From the NCBI RefSeq assembly GCF_003019035.1, contig NZ_CP027447.1: 64,000 nt of DNA; one strand, written 5' to 3'. The position numbers were made by a program, and so were the translations under genes. The notes beneath the pieces are model-generated. The model was given only the letters and a program-made list of their open reading frames with translations. It was not told where the DNA came from and did no database searches. Shown here in pieces: positions 32,395 to 43,163 of this stretch; the stretch's first letter is position 1; every line of letters starts with the position of its first letter. Source of the DNA: Escherichia coli. GTDB lineage: Bacteria; Pseudomonadota; Gammaproteobacteria; Enterobacterales; Enterobacteriaceae.

Positions 32395-33094
32395 CGGTTT
32401 ATCCCCGCTGGCGCGGGGAACACTTGCAGTAGCACTTCAGTTCTGTTTTTGTCACCGGTTTATCCCCGCTGGCGCGGGGAACACGCCTGATAGCGCCTCC
32501 AGCCTTCGCCCTGGTGCGGTTTATCCCCGCTGGCGCGGGGAACACTGCATAGCTTTGGCTTCTTCTTTAACGGACGCCGGTTTATCCCCGCTGGCGCGGG
32601 GAACACAGTACCACTGTTTTTTCTTCGGTGCCCAGCCACGGTTTATCCCCGCTGGCGCGGGGAACACGTTTACATATTTATACCTACACGCTCAATCGAC
32701 GGTTTATCCCCGCTGGCGCGGGGAACACCCGTTTTCGATTGAACAGAAAGATTTCAACACCGGTTTATCCCCGCTGGCGCGGGGAACACAATACAGACCC
32801 GTTGTACGGTTTTTGCGAGCACGGTTTATCCCCGCTGGCGCGGGGAACACTTGGAAATCACCTCCCCGATCTCCGCGCTGTCCGGTTTATCCCCGCTGGC
32901 GCGGGGAACACCCCTCGGCAAAAATGCCTTTTTCCTCGTCGGTCGGTTTATCCCCGCTGGCGCGGGGAACACCACGGGCCAGACGGTAGCAACAATTTTA
33001 CGGCCGGTTTATCCCCGCTGGCGCGGGGAACACCAAAACGGAAGTGCCAGTATTGCCAGAATCACCGGTTTATCCCCGCTGGCGCGGGGAACAC
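32395..33094 (-). CRISPR. CRISPR array 1 (type I-E): 12 identical 29-bp repeats CGGTTTATCCCCGCTGGCGCGGGGAACAC (plus-strand reading), 11 spacers of 32 bp; leader at high-coordinate end
   Basis: Repeat starts at 32395, 32456, 32517, 32578, 32639, 32700, 32761, 32822, 32883, 32944, 33005, 33066; perfect 61-bp periodicity. Confidence 0.98.
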
Positions 33095-33190
33095 ACTAAG
33101 CATACGTATCTGTTTTTAAACAATTTTATTCCACATCAACAATCTACCAACTAAATTCAAACATTTCCTTATTTTTAAAGAACGGGTAAC
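33095..33190 (-). other. CRISPR leader of array 1 (AT-rich, contains CAATCTACCAACT motif shared with array 2 leader)
   Basis: AT-rich sequence between last repeat and cas2 stop; motif recurs downstream of array 2. Confidence 0.6.
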
Positions 33191-34400
<1,210 letters not shown>

Positions 34401-34404
<4 letters not shown>

Positions 34405-35051
34405 GCCTCTGCTCCAGGTTTGATCAGCATCAGACCACAACCGAACGCCCGGCTTTTGCCATACCCCTGACTGAGACGTTGCAGAAATAACCCAGGATCG
34501 GTGACCGTAAGCATCCCCGTATAATCCACGCTACTGAACTGGATCAGTTGCCGGGAGTTTTCCCGCCGCAGTTGCTGTTGTCGGTAGGCATCAACCGAAG
34601 TATCCAGCAGTGTAAAACCGCTTCTCTCCCCCTGCGCTGCCAGCCAGTCCAGCGCCGCCTGTTGTTGATGCAACCAGACATTTCTTCCTTCCGCCTGCCC
34701 CCTCACCTGCCGTTTCGCCTCCATCAGCAGATCGTGGCGCTTACCCGCTTTACAGACTGTTGGATTCGCCCGCAGGTTGAAACAAAGGGATTGTCCGGTA
34801 TGCAGTTCAGGCGCAAATGACCGGCATTCGATGGTGAACGTTTCACTTTCCGCCGGGCGTTCCTGCGACAGGACAAAAAAGCGAAACGCGCCCTGGAGTT
34901 CTTCCCGACGATAAAGAAATTGCCTTTCTTTGCCGCCAGGAAAAAGATCCCACAGCCACTGATGCATCACATATTCACCGCGATCCACCAAATGCAGCAA
35001 CTGCGCAGGCGAAAGCTGACCGGTATGTAAGGTTATTCTTGAGAGGTACAT
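34401..35051 (-). CDS. cas6e: Cas6e (CasE/Cse3) crRNA endoribonuclease
   Basis: ~216 aa starting MYLSRITL, C-terminal G-rich loop GYGKSRAFGCGLM; position in operon. Confidence 0.85.
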
Positions 35052-35779
35052 GGTTCCTCCTTGCTGAGCCACGGCCCCTGATTGACGGTGCGTTCCCCAA
35101 ACAGCCACTGCTGACGATTTAAAGGAACATCCCGGCGGCGTAATATTTTGCTCGAGACCAGGCCATCGTGCTCCCCTTCCCACCAGCATTCATCCTGAAG
35201 TTTCGGGAGTGAGACTTTCAGTTCGTGGAAACGATCCTGATACTGTTGGTATGCGTTACGTAAGGCATCAGACGCGTTACCTTCAAGCAGTAACGGCGCA
35301 AGGGGTAATGCCAGCGGATGGCTTTTTCGCCCCAGATAAAGCGGAAAAGCCGGATGGCGTAAACCTTCCTGCAACTGTTCGAGGCTGTAAGGCGCATCAG
35401 CTGTTGTTGCCACGGCCACCATCCACCAGGCATCGGTGTAGTAGTCGCGCCGGGAGATAATCGCGCTTAGAAGATCAGGGTCGCTCAACTCTTCGCGACG
35501 GCTGAAATAACGCGCTTTACGCACCTCTTTTGGCATCTGGACCGTGTGATAATCCCGTGCCCAGCGCGGGTTACGGCTGGCGCAAACCACCAGTGAATAG
35601 TGGCGATTAAACGCGTTTAAGCATTCGGTGTCATCACGCCGTATCCCTACCCCGGCAGCCAGCAGCCCCAGCAATGCTGAACGCGAAGGCAGTTCATGGG
35701 TATGACGCACCTCACCGGGTGCATCAACGCCCCAGGATGCCATTGGCCCATGAAGCTGAAAAATCAGATATTGGCTCAT
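35033..35779 (-). CDS. cas5: Cas5e (CasD) Cascade subunit
   Basis: 248-aa ORF with Cas5 N-terminal signature LHGPMASWG; operon position. Confidence 0.85.
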   Translation of the reverse strand: MSQYLIFQLHGPMASWGVDAPGEVRHTHELPSRSALLGLLAAGVGIRRDDTECLNAFNRHYSLVVCASRNPRWARDYHTVQMPKEVRKARYFSRREELSDPDLLSAIISRRDYYTDAWWMVAVATTADAPYSLEQLQEGLRHPAFPLYLGRKSHPLALPLAPLLLEGNASDALRNAYQQYQDRFHELKVSLPKLQDECWWEGEHDGLVSSKILRRRDVPLNRQQWLFGERTVNQGPWLSKEEPCTSQE

Positions 35780-35789
35780 AAGCCGCCCC

Positions 35790-36845
35790 TTACGCGCAGA
35801 TAAAGTCCAGCACGTCCTTCATGCTTCCCTGTTTGTTCATCACGTCAAAACTTGCGCATTCGGTCTTCTGTTCGTAAACCGTATTCATGTTTTCGCGAAG
35901 CGTTGTAATACGCTGCACCGCCACATCTAACTGACGTGTGCCATTAATGGGTTCATAGAAAGCCGCCGCCAGAGAACGCGGTTGTTCGGTGCCTTTTTCT
36001 GCCAGCGCCCAGGAGGCGTAGGCACGGCTGGCAAAGCTGTTTTGTTTACCGGTTGGGGAAACTTTAAACGCTGCTTCCGTAAAGGCGCGCAGGGTCTGAT
36101 TAGCTAATGCTTCGTCACCGCCGAGGTTTTCGACCAGCAGATCTTTATCAATGCAGATATAGGTGTAGAACAGCGCAGAACCAAATCCAGTTTCACCAAG
36201 ATGCCCTGCACCAGCATCTTCAGAGGCCTGGCGCAAATCATCAACGGCGGTGAAAAAATCATCTTCGACAATCGTTTCACTGACACCAAATGCATGCGCG
36301 ACCTGGCAGGCGGCTTCAACATTAAATTCGGGTTTATTCGCCAGCATACGACCAAACATAGCGATATCTACCGCCATGCGATCTTTACGTAACAAAGCGA
36401 GATCTTCCTCTTTTGGCGCGCGCTTTTCTTCGGCCAGTTGATGGGCCAGCGCTTTTACGGCGTCAAATTCTGCCGGGCTGATATGGACGAGCTGTTCAGT
36501 TTCGGCGTTAGTGAGCGGATCTTTTGGTTTTTTGTCGTTTTTAGCTTTCCCAAGATAATCCGCAATTTTTGCCGCCCATTCGATGGCTTTTTTCTCTTCG
36601 ATGCCTTTCTCAATCAGGATAGTTGCCGCCTCACGCGCAATACGCCCACTGCGAATACCAATATGGCCCGCCAGTGCCTGTTCAAAAAGTGCAGAAGTGC
36701 GCCACGCACGTTTCAGACTTTGCGAGGAAACGCGCAGACGCGTTGCTCCACCCAGCACCACGGTTTTCGGCGCACCGGTGTCATCACGGTTAAGGTTGGC
36801 TGCAGGGTAAGCGGTTAACAAATGAAGCTGAATAAATGTCGTCAT
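35790..36845 (-). CDS. cas7: Cas7e (CasC/Cse4) Cascade backbone subunit
   Basis: 351 aa, operon position between cse2 and cas5. Confidence 0.85.
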   Translation of the reverse strand: MTTFIQLHLLTAYPAANLNRDDTGAPKTVVLGGATRLRVSSQSLKRAWRTSALFEQALAGHIGIRSGRIAREAATILIEKGIEEKKAIEWAAKIADYLGKAKNDKKPKDPLTNAETEQLVHISPAEFDAVKALAHQLAEEKRAPKEEDLALLRKDRMAVDIAMFGRMLANKPEFNVEAACQVAHAFGVSETIVEDDFFTAVDDLRQASEDAGAGHLGETGFGSALFYTYICIDKDLLVENLGGDEALANQTLRAFTEAAFKVSPTGKQNSFASRAYASWALAEKGTEQPRSLAAAFYEPINGTRQLDVAVQRITTLRENMNTVYEQKTECASFDVMNKQGSMKDVLDFICA

Positions 36846-36859
36846 GAGATAGTCCTTTA

Positions 36860-37396
36860 TTAATTTTGTTCGTTATCGGCGTCGCCAGCCTGGTAATATT
36901 CCAGCGCCCAGCGGATACGGATAAATTCTGTTGGCCGCTGCTGACGGCGGTGATGGTTGAGCAGGTCGTCACTCTCCTGGCACCAGCGGAAAATATCGTC
37001 TGCCAAAGAGATAAGATTGACGGAACCGTTTAATAATTTGACCGCGCGACGTAACTGGCGCAGTAAATCATCCGGCGTTTTGACTGCCGACAGGCGAGTA
37101 AAACGCCCCTCAGACATTACCGCCGCCAACTGCGCGGCAAAAGGCTGCCGTTCATCAATGGCTTTTACATTGGCGGCAACGGCGGCAACCAGCGCCAGTG
37201 CGGTAAAACGCCACTCCTGTGATTCAATTTTCCACAACGTGTGGGTCTGCATCAGCAGAGAACGAAAACCTTCTGACAGACAAACATCATTAACCGTTGT
37301 GCTACGCCGCAGACTGGCACGATTGCCGCGTTTTTCCTGCAACTCTTCGAGCCATTTACGCAGCGTGGCTTTGTGCTCCTCTTTTACAATACTCAT
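36860..37396 (-). CDS. cse2: Cse2 (CasB) Cascade small subunit
   Basis: 178-aa helical ORF, operon position. Confidence 0.82.
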   Translation of the reverse strand: MSIVKEEHKATLRKWLEELQEKRGNRASLRRSTTVNDVCLSEGFRSLLMQTHTLWKIESQEWRFTALALVAAVAANVKAIDERQPFAAQLAAVMSEGRFTRLSAVKTPDDLLRQLRRAVKLLNGSVNLISLADDIFRWCQESDDLLNHHRRQQRPTEFIRIRWALEYYQAGDADNEQN

Positions 37397-38961
37397 TCAG
37401 CAGCCTCCTGCTTTTTCTCCCTGGCGGCTTTAGCACTTTGCTTCTCCGCCGATGTTGTAAAATATTTCTTGCGCGCGGTCATGACGCGTTTCAAATCAAC
37501 GGGCTCATAAGGATTGGTGAATACCCGCTCGTCAAAATCCTGACGCGCGAATAACCACATTTCCTTTTGCCATTTGCTGAGTAATTCATCCGGCTCCTGA
37601 CCTTCTTCAATTTGACGCACTAACCTCAGGAAGCGATGCTGAGTTTTGTTCCAAAAGTCGATATCCACAAAACTGAAATCACCCCGTGCACCTTTTGGAT
37701 CGGAGAACCATGCTTCTTTCAATGCACTCCGTAACAGACTTAGAATCCGTGAAGCCGTTTGCGCAGCCAGCCGCAGCTTTGGTATCTGGCCTTCTTTTTT
37801 ATTGAGCAGCAGCGGGAAATGGTGTTCGTACCAACAGCGCGCTTTCATGTTGTCAAAATCATAACCAAATCCCCATAGGCCCACTTTTGCCTGTTTCAGA
37901 CTGCTGGCATTAAAGAGTTTCACCACCAGCGCGGGAAGTTCCGTATTGTTTTCTGATTTACCCGTTTCGATAAGGCCTAACCAGTCGCGCCAGATTAAAC
38001 CGCCCGGTTGTGGTTTAACGGAGTAAAACTCGCCACCCTCTTTAAGTGGTACACGGTAAGGCGTTAAGGGATGCTGCCACATGGCATAATTGGCACCATA
38101 ATTTTTGGTCGTCATCAGGCTCAGGAGCGCGTCGTTCTGCTCGTCGCAAATATCGCAGTTGCCGACTGTCGTGGTATTAAAATCAATACGTATACGCCGC
38201 GGCATTCCCCAGTACGCCTGGAGTTTATTGACCTGATCATGGGTTACCACCGCACCGGCCAGTTCGCTGGTACGCGTCGGGCCTAGCCAGGGGAAAATCA
38301 GATCGTCAAATTTTTTGGGTAGCGGTAAGTCGGCTTCATCCTGCGGCATCACGTTGAGCCACAGTTTGCGCCACAAGGGTGTTTGTTGATTGCCCTGATA
38401 TTCCTGTAATTCAATGAGAGTCGTCATCGGCCCACCGCCGCGTAAACCGGTGCGATAGCCTTTGCCGCCCGCGGGTGCATTCAACTGTAAAGAGAACAAG
38501 GCCAATGCTAAGCAATGGGGGCACAGATATTCCGTTACACCCCGCTTGATAAAATGGTCTTTATTAAACTTCGTCGTTTGAAAGCCGGGAATCTCAGGCA
38601 GTAGCGAAGCGACCGGAACTTTATCTCCCGTGAGCGCCTCAAAATCCTGCATAAATGAAGATGAATCAGGCCCAAACTGGAAAGCATGTTCTAAAGACAG
38701 CAATGCTTCTCGTAGCTTTTCAGCTTCCAGTCCGTCTTCCCAGATATCATCCCAACGACGATGATCTTTTGGCGCGAAGCTGGTTTGTAGTAGTCCCAGC
38801 AAAAACTGCCAGGCCGCACCTTGTAAATCTGCTCGCGGTGCGGCGATATCGACAACATTCTCATCAGCCAGATCGACTGATGCCAGCTTGCCTGTCGTTC
38901 CGTCTTTGAAACGAACAGGCAACCACGGGGTTGTCAGAAGTGAAAACGAGTTCATACGCAT
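37393..38961 (-). CDS. cse1: Cse1 (CasA) Cascade large subunit
   Basis: 522 aa, operon position directly after cas3; called from size and position (not the K-12 sequence variant as recalled). Confidence 0.82.
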   Translation of the reverse strand: MRMNSFSLLTTPWLPVRFKDGTTGKLASVDLADENVVDIAAPRADLQGAAWQFLLGLLQTSFAPKDHRRWDDIWEDGLEAEKLREALLSLEHAFQFGPDSSSFMQDFEALTGDKVPVASLLPEIPGFQTTKFNKDHFIKRGVTEYLCPHCLALALFSLQLNAPAGGKGYRTGLRGGGPMTTLIELQEYQGNQQTPLWRKLWLNVMPQDEADLPLPKKFDDLIFPWLGPTRTSELAGAVVTHDQVNKLQAYWGMPRRIRIDFNTTTVGNCDICDEQNDALLSLMTTKNYGANYAMWQHPLTPYRVPLKEGGEFYSVKPQPGGLIWRDWLGLIETGKSENNTELPALVVKLFNASSLKQAKVGLWGFGYDFDNMKARCWYEHHFPLLLNKKEGQIPKLRLAAQTASRILSLLRSALKEAWFSDPKGARGDFSFVDIDFWNKTQHRFLRLVRQIEEGQEPDELLSKWQKEMWLFARQDFDERVFTNPYEPVDLKRVMTARKKYFTTSAEKQSAKAAREKKQEAAE

Positions 38962-39044
38962 CCTCTCGTAAAAAAGACCATCCCTGGTCGGTTGTCCATC
39001 CTTTTTTGTGTATCAACTATTCAGAGAATCCTGTCGCAGACATC

Positions 39045-41744
39045 TCAACCAACCTTGCCAATCAATCCCTCCGTAGCCGAATACCCACAACTTTCGTCAT
39101 CGGTGACTAAAATCACGTTTGCCATCTCCGGATCATGCCGCTGTTCAACGCACCACTGCCTGAACGCATCCCCTTCCAGTAAAGAAAACTCATCCCGATG
39201 TTTTTTCCACCAGCTTCGGCGCACTCTGACAACGCTCATTTCCCATGCGTGTGCACCTGTGGCATAAGGCTTCACCACACCGTCAATACAGGTAGCCAGC
39301 CACAGGGAAACAGACTCTTCAGCCAGACGTGTCGACAGTTTTTCCGGGAGGTAATCGTTGATATTGGCGGCATAGCCGGGCCTGAAGTTCAGTACAAACT
39401 TTTTAGCCATTGCGCGATCGCAGTAATATTTGCCCACTTGCTCCTGCTCGCTGCGGGCAAACCCTTCCGGCATTACTACGTCCTCACCGTAGACTGATTC
39501 AATCAGAAGCCGGGCTGAGTGTGGCATCTGAATAGCACCTTGCTCACGCAGCACACGCTGCGTCAGCCAGATTCGCCCATGATCGGGATAGACAAATGCA
39601 CTGTTACGCATGGCACTGCCAAACCATTCGTCACCCGGAGAGTCGTCCCAGACGGGGGCCAGAATCAGCAATTCAGGAGGGTGACGCTCGTCTTTACCGT
39701 CACGCTTTAACTGGCCATTCATATCGCGGATATGTCGCTGTAATCGCCCTGCTCGCTGGATCAGTAAATCAACAGGGGCAAAGTCGGAAATCATTTCGTC
39801 CAGGTCGCAGTCAACGCTCTGCTCCAGGACTTGAGTACAAATGAGGACTTTTCCGGCACGCTGTGAACAGTCTTCTTTACCAAAGCGTGCCAGCGTCTCC
39901 GTTTCAATTCGCTGGCGATCGCTAAAAGCAAAGCGGCTATGAAAAAGTGAAAGGCTGGAAGCAGGAATGACGCCGCGGGCAAGTAACTGACGATGAACCT
40001 GGATGGCGTCATCGACAGAATTTCGGATCCAGGCGATACATTTCCCCTGACTTACCGCCGATTCGATACGCGCAATACACTCTTGTTCGCTATGAAGCCA
40101 ACCCACACTCACGCTGCGCTCAACGTCTTTGCGCGTCGCTACCCGGTGTGAATGCACATCGGATTTCGTAACGTGCGTCAGCCAGGGGTAATCATCCTTT
40201 TCCAGGAACGGAGCTTCTTGCTGGCCCTCTATACCACGCGCAAAGGCAGCAACGAGTTTGTCGCGCTGCTGTTGAGATAACGTGGCAGAAAGCAAAATGA
40301 CGCTGTTTCCGCCACGCGCCTGCCGCTCGATCAGCCCTTCAAGAATGCATGACATGTAAGCGTCACAGGCATGGATCTCATCAGCCAGCAGGATTTTGTT
40401 ACTCAGTCCCAGAAGCCGCAGATTATTATGTTTGAACGGCATCACAGCCATCATCGCCTGATCCAGCGTGCCGACGCCAATTTCAGCCAGTAGCGCCTTC
40501 TTGTTACTGTCGGCAAACCAGGCCGCACATCCCTGACTGCACGTTTGTTCATCCGGTTCTTCTGACCCGACTAAATCACCGGACCAGAGTGATTCATTAA
40601 AGCGGTCCATTAATGTTCGGGCACTGTGTGCCAGCACCAGGCTGGGGCGGGACTCTGGCGAATAGAAAGCAAGCCAGGTTTTGACCAGTCGATCGTACAT
40701 GGCATTGGCCGTTGCCATTGTTGGCAGGCCAAAAAACAAACCCTGCGCTTTCCCCGCAGCCATCAACCTGTGCGCCAGGATAAGCGCCGCTTCTGTTTTA
40801 CCTGCGCCGGTTACATCCTCCAGAATAAATAACTGTGGTCCCGGCTGGCTGATATCCAGATCCAGCACCTTTTGCTGTAGCGGTGTCGGATTCTCAATAA
40901 AAGGAAACAGCGTATTAATTCCGGTGAAAGGCGCGCTTTCTGCTTTTGGAGGAAAGACGGTTAAGGCGTTTTGAGCCTGAACTAAAGTTTTCTGCCAGTA
41001 ATCTTCAATATCCATTGTCTGTGCGACGCGTGGAAAATATCGCGTTGACGATCCCGTCCAGTCTGCAAGTACGACGGTTGCAGAGATATACCAGGAAAGT
41101 TGTTTTATAAGTTCAACGCCCTCGTCATCATCCCAGAATGTGGGGATCTCTATGAGCGGAAACAGTACCTTGATTGCAAGGAGAAAATCTCGTGCGGCAC
41201 CTTTGTCTTCAGGCAGAAAATTATCCAGTTCATCCATACGCTCAGGGGGTCGACCATGATGCCCGGTAGTCATGGGCATCCACATCTCCATCACCCGTTT
41301 AAGTTTGCGCGGAGAGAGTGAAGATGAAGGAAGCAACTCCTGACATTCACTTAAATAATGGTTCCACAACCAGTAGCCCAGCGTTGAATGAGAGATCTTT
41401 TCGTAATTCTTTCTTGCGCCTTCCGGAACCTTGAGTTGTGGGTGCAGGTAAAGTTGCTGAAAAGAGCGGGCAAATTTTCCAATATCGTGCCAGCACAGCA
41501 GCCAGGCGAAAAATTGTGCTGCCAGCTCCGTGTCAGCGAAACCTAATTGACGAAAATAGTCAGCCAGTCCGAAGCAATTGCTTTTAACCATTAAATAGCC
41601 CATCGCGGCTACATCCAGCGAATGCCAGCAAAGAAGGTGATAGTCGTCACCACCCTCTTTCTCGCCGCGTCGGGTTTTTCCCCAGAAATCAAAAAAAGTC
41701 ACAATATTTTTATCCTTCAGTAAACTTAAAGGATATTTACGCAT
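39045..41744 (-). CDS. cas3: Cas3 HD nuclease/SF2 helicase (type I signature, 899 aa)
   Basis: N-terminal HD domain, DEAD-box helicase motifs (GAGKTE, DEIH). Confidence 0.92.
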   Translation of the reverse strand: MRKYPLSLLKDKNIVTFFDFWGKTRRGEKEGGDDYHLLCWHSLDVAAMGYLMVKSNCFGLADYFRQLGFADTELAAQFFAWLLCWHDIGKFARSFQQLYLHPQLKVPEGARKNYEKISHSTLGYWLWNHYLSECQELLPSSSLSPRKLKRVMEMWMPMTTGHHGRPPERMDELDNFLPEDKGAARDFLLAIKVLFPLIEIPTFWDDDEGVELIKQLSWYISATVVLADWTGSSTRYFPRVAQTMDIEDYWQKTLVQAQNALTVFPPKAESAPFTGINTLFPFIENPTPLQQKVLDLDISQPGPQLFILEDVTGAGKTEAALILAHRLMAAGKAQGLFFGLPTMATANAMYDRLVKTWLAFYSPESRPSLVLAHSARTLMDRFNESLWSGDLVGSEEPDEQTCSQGCAAWFADSNKKALLAEIGVGTLDQAMMAVMPFKHNNLRLLGLSNKILLADEIHACDAYMSCILEGLIERQARGGNSVILLSATLSQQQRDKLVAAFARGIEGQQEAPFLEKDDYPWLTHVTKSDVHSHRVATRKDVERSVSVGWLHSEQECIARIESAVSQGKCIAWIRNSVDDAIQVHRQLLARGVIPASSLSLFHSRFAFSDRQRIETETLARFGKEDCSQRAGKVLICTQVLEQSVDCDLDEMISDFAPVDLLIQRAGRLQRHIRDMNGQLKRDGKDERHPPELLILAPVWDDSPGDEWFGSAMRNSAFVYPDHGRIWLTQRVLREQGAIQMPHSARLLIESVYGEDVVMPEGFARSEQEQVGKYYCDRAMAKKFVLNFRPGYAANINDYLPEKLSTRLAEESVSLWLATCIDGVVKPYATGAHAWEMSVVRVRRSWWKKHRDEFSLLEGDAFRQWCVEQRHDPEMANVILVTDDESCGYSATEGLIGKVG

Positions 41745-41912
41745 ATATTAAAAATTATCTGTGATATATATCGTTCAATAAAATATTTACATTATGAATA
41801 ATCAAATAATTTTCATCCGTAATATATATGAATAATAAACATAGGCATAATATTCACATAAACAATATAAATTAAAAAAGGGTGCAGGAGACCAAACCAT
41901 CACAATTCAGTA

Positions 41913-41932
41913 CGCGGGGTTTTACCCCCGCG
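41913..41932 (-). terminator. Hairpin CGCGGGG-TTTTA-CCCCGCG just downstream of hok-like ORF stop
   Basis: 7-bp GC-rich inverted repeat read directly. Confidence 0.45.
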
Positions 41933-41938
41933 TGGTGG

Positions 41939-42091
41939 CTACTTCTTCGATTCGTAAGCGAGAACCGCCTTAAACTCCATACCACGTTCTCTGATACTCA
42001 ACTCACACAACGAGTCGCCTACCATCAGCGTGAATCCCAGTACTGTAAAACACAGCACTATGATTGCCACAAGGGCATATTTTGTCAGCAT
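41939..42091 (-). CDS. hokX: Hok/Gef-family type I toxin (50 aa), likely hokX of the hokX-sokX locus
   Basis: Own translation [52 protein letters not shown] helix + conserved LCE...AYES Hok signature; GGAGG RBS; below 60-aa cutoff so absent from ORF track. Confidence 0.8.
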   Translation of the reverse strand: MLTKYALVAIIVLCFTVLGFTLMVGDSLCELSIRERGMEFKAVLAYESKK

Positions 42092-42355
42092 GTCTTGCCT
42101 CCCTGCAAAGAAGAGACTAACATTCGAATTGTTTGGGTTCGAACGCTGGCCTCAGGTTGATAGAAATATCGCCTGGGGCTTTTGTCCATCTGGAACCTCG
42201 CGAATGCTTAACGCCAGACAGCCTCAAGCACCCAACGCCATTCTATACCTGTTAATTCTTCCAACGACGTTCACGTTTAAAATCAGGAATGCTGCTCGCA
42301 AAATAAAAACGCCCCCATCATTTCTGACAGAGGCGTTTAATTTATCCGGCAATAT

Positions 42356-43090
42356 TTACCCTTCGTGTAATCCACATTCCCTTTTTAAGCCAAAGAAACG
42401 CGTTTCTTCTTCCGCCATGCCGGGTTCCCATTTACGGGTTGTATGGGTATCGCCCACCGATAAATATCCTTCATCCCATAATGGGTGATATTTCAGGCCA
42501 TGTTTTTGCAGGTACTGATAAATAGTTCGGTTATCCCAGTCGATAATCGGCAACACTTTAAATACACCACGCTGGATAGCCAGCACCGGTAAATTAGCAC
42601 GGCTGCCGGATTGTTCACGGCGCAGGCCAGCAAACCAGGTTTGCGCATTCAGTTCTTTCAGCGCCCGGTTCATCGGTTCGACTTTGTTGATGTCATTGTA
42701 CTTTTCAATGCCTTCAACGCCCTGCTCCCACAGTTTGCCGTAGCGTGCTTCCTGCCAGGCGGCGCTTTCAGTAGCACGGTACACTTTCAGGTTGAGCTTG
42801 AGTTTATCCGTTAACTCGTCAATAAAGCGGTAGGTTTCCGGGAACAGATAACCGGTATCGGTGAGGATCACCGGAATATCCGGGTGAATCTGATTCACCA
42901 GATGCAGGCTCACCGCCGCCTGAATGCCGAAGCTGGAAGAAAGCACATATTCACCGGGCAGATTATCCAGCGCCCAGGCAACGCGGCCTTCAGCGTCCAG
43001 TTTTTCCAGTTCGGCGTTAGTTTCCGCCAGCGCCAGAATGCGATCTACCTTCGGCAGTTCGTTCAGGGCGTTTAGATCGAGTTTGGACAT
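42356..43090 (-). CDS. cysH: Phosphoadenosine phosphosulfate reductase CysH (244 aa)
   Basis: Starts [15 protein letters not shown]-terminal ECGLH motif. Confidence 0.96.
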   Translation of the reverse strand: MSKLDLNALNELPKVDRILALAETNAELEKLDAEGRVAWALDNLPGEYVLSSSFGIQAAVSLHLVNQIHPDIPVILTDTGYLFPETYRFIDELTDKLKLNLKVYRATESAAWQEARYGKLWEQGVEGIEKYNDINKVEPMNRALKELNAQTWFAGLRREQSGSRANLPVLAIQRGVFKVLPIIDWDNRTIYQYLQKHGLKYHPLWDEGYLSVGDTHTTRKWEPGMAEEETRFFGLKRECGLHEG

Positions 43091-43111
43091 AGATTCCTCA
43101 CTGTTTGCCTT

Positions 43112-43150
43112 GCCTGATGCGACGCTCACGCGTCTTATCAGGCCTACAAG
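43112..43150. repeat. REP (repetitive extragenic palindromic) element between cysI and cysH
   Basis: GCCTGATGCGACGC...GCGTCTTATCAGGCCTACAAG, typical REP palindrome. Confidence 0.6.
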
Positions 43151-43163
43151 ACCGGGCTGATGG

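Noticed and set aside
32366-33119. Three overlapping plus-strand ORFs (207, 163, 82 aa) with reiterated LSPLARGT / FIPAGAGNT / VYPRWRGEH peptides
   Set aside because: These are translations of the 29-bp CRISPR repeat in three frames; the periodic peptide repeats are artefacts of array 1, not proteins.
42030-42488. 152-aa plus-strand ORF spanning the hok locus and cysH 3' end
   Set aside because: Overlaps the cysH C-terminus in antisense and the hok leader; no family features. The real small gene here is the minus-strand hok-type ORF.
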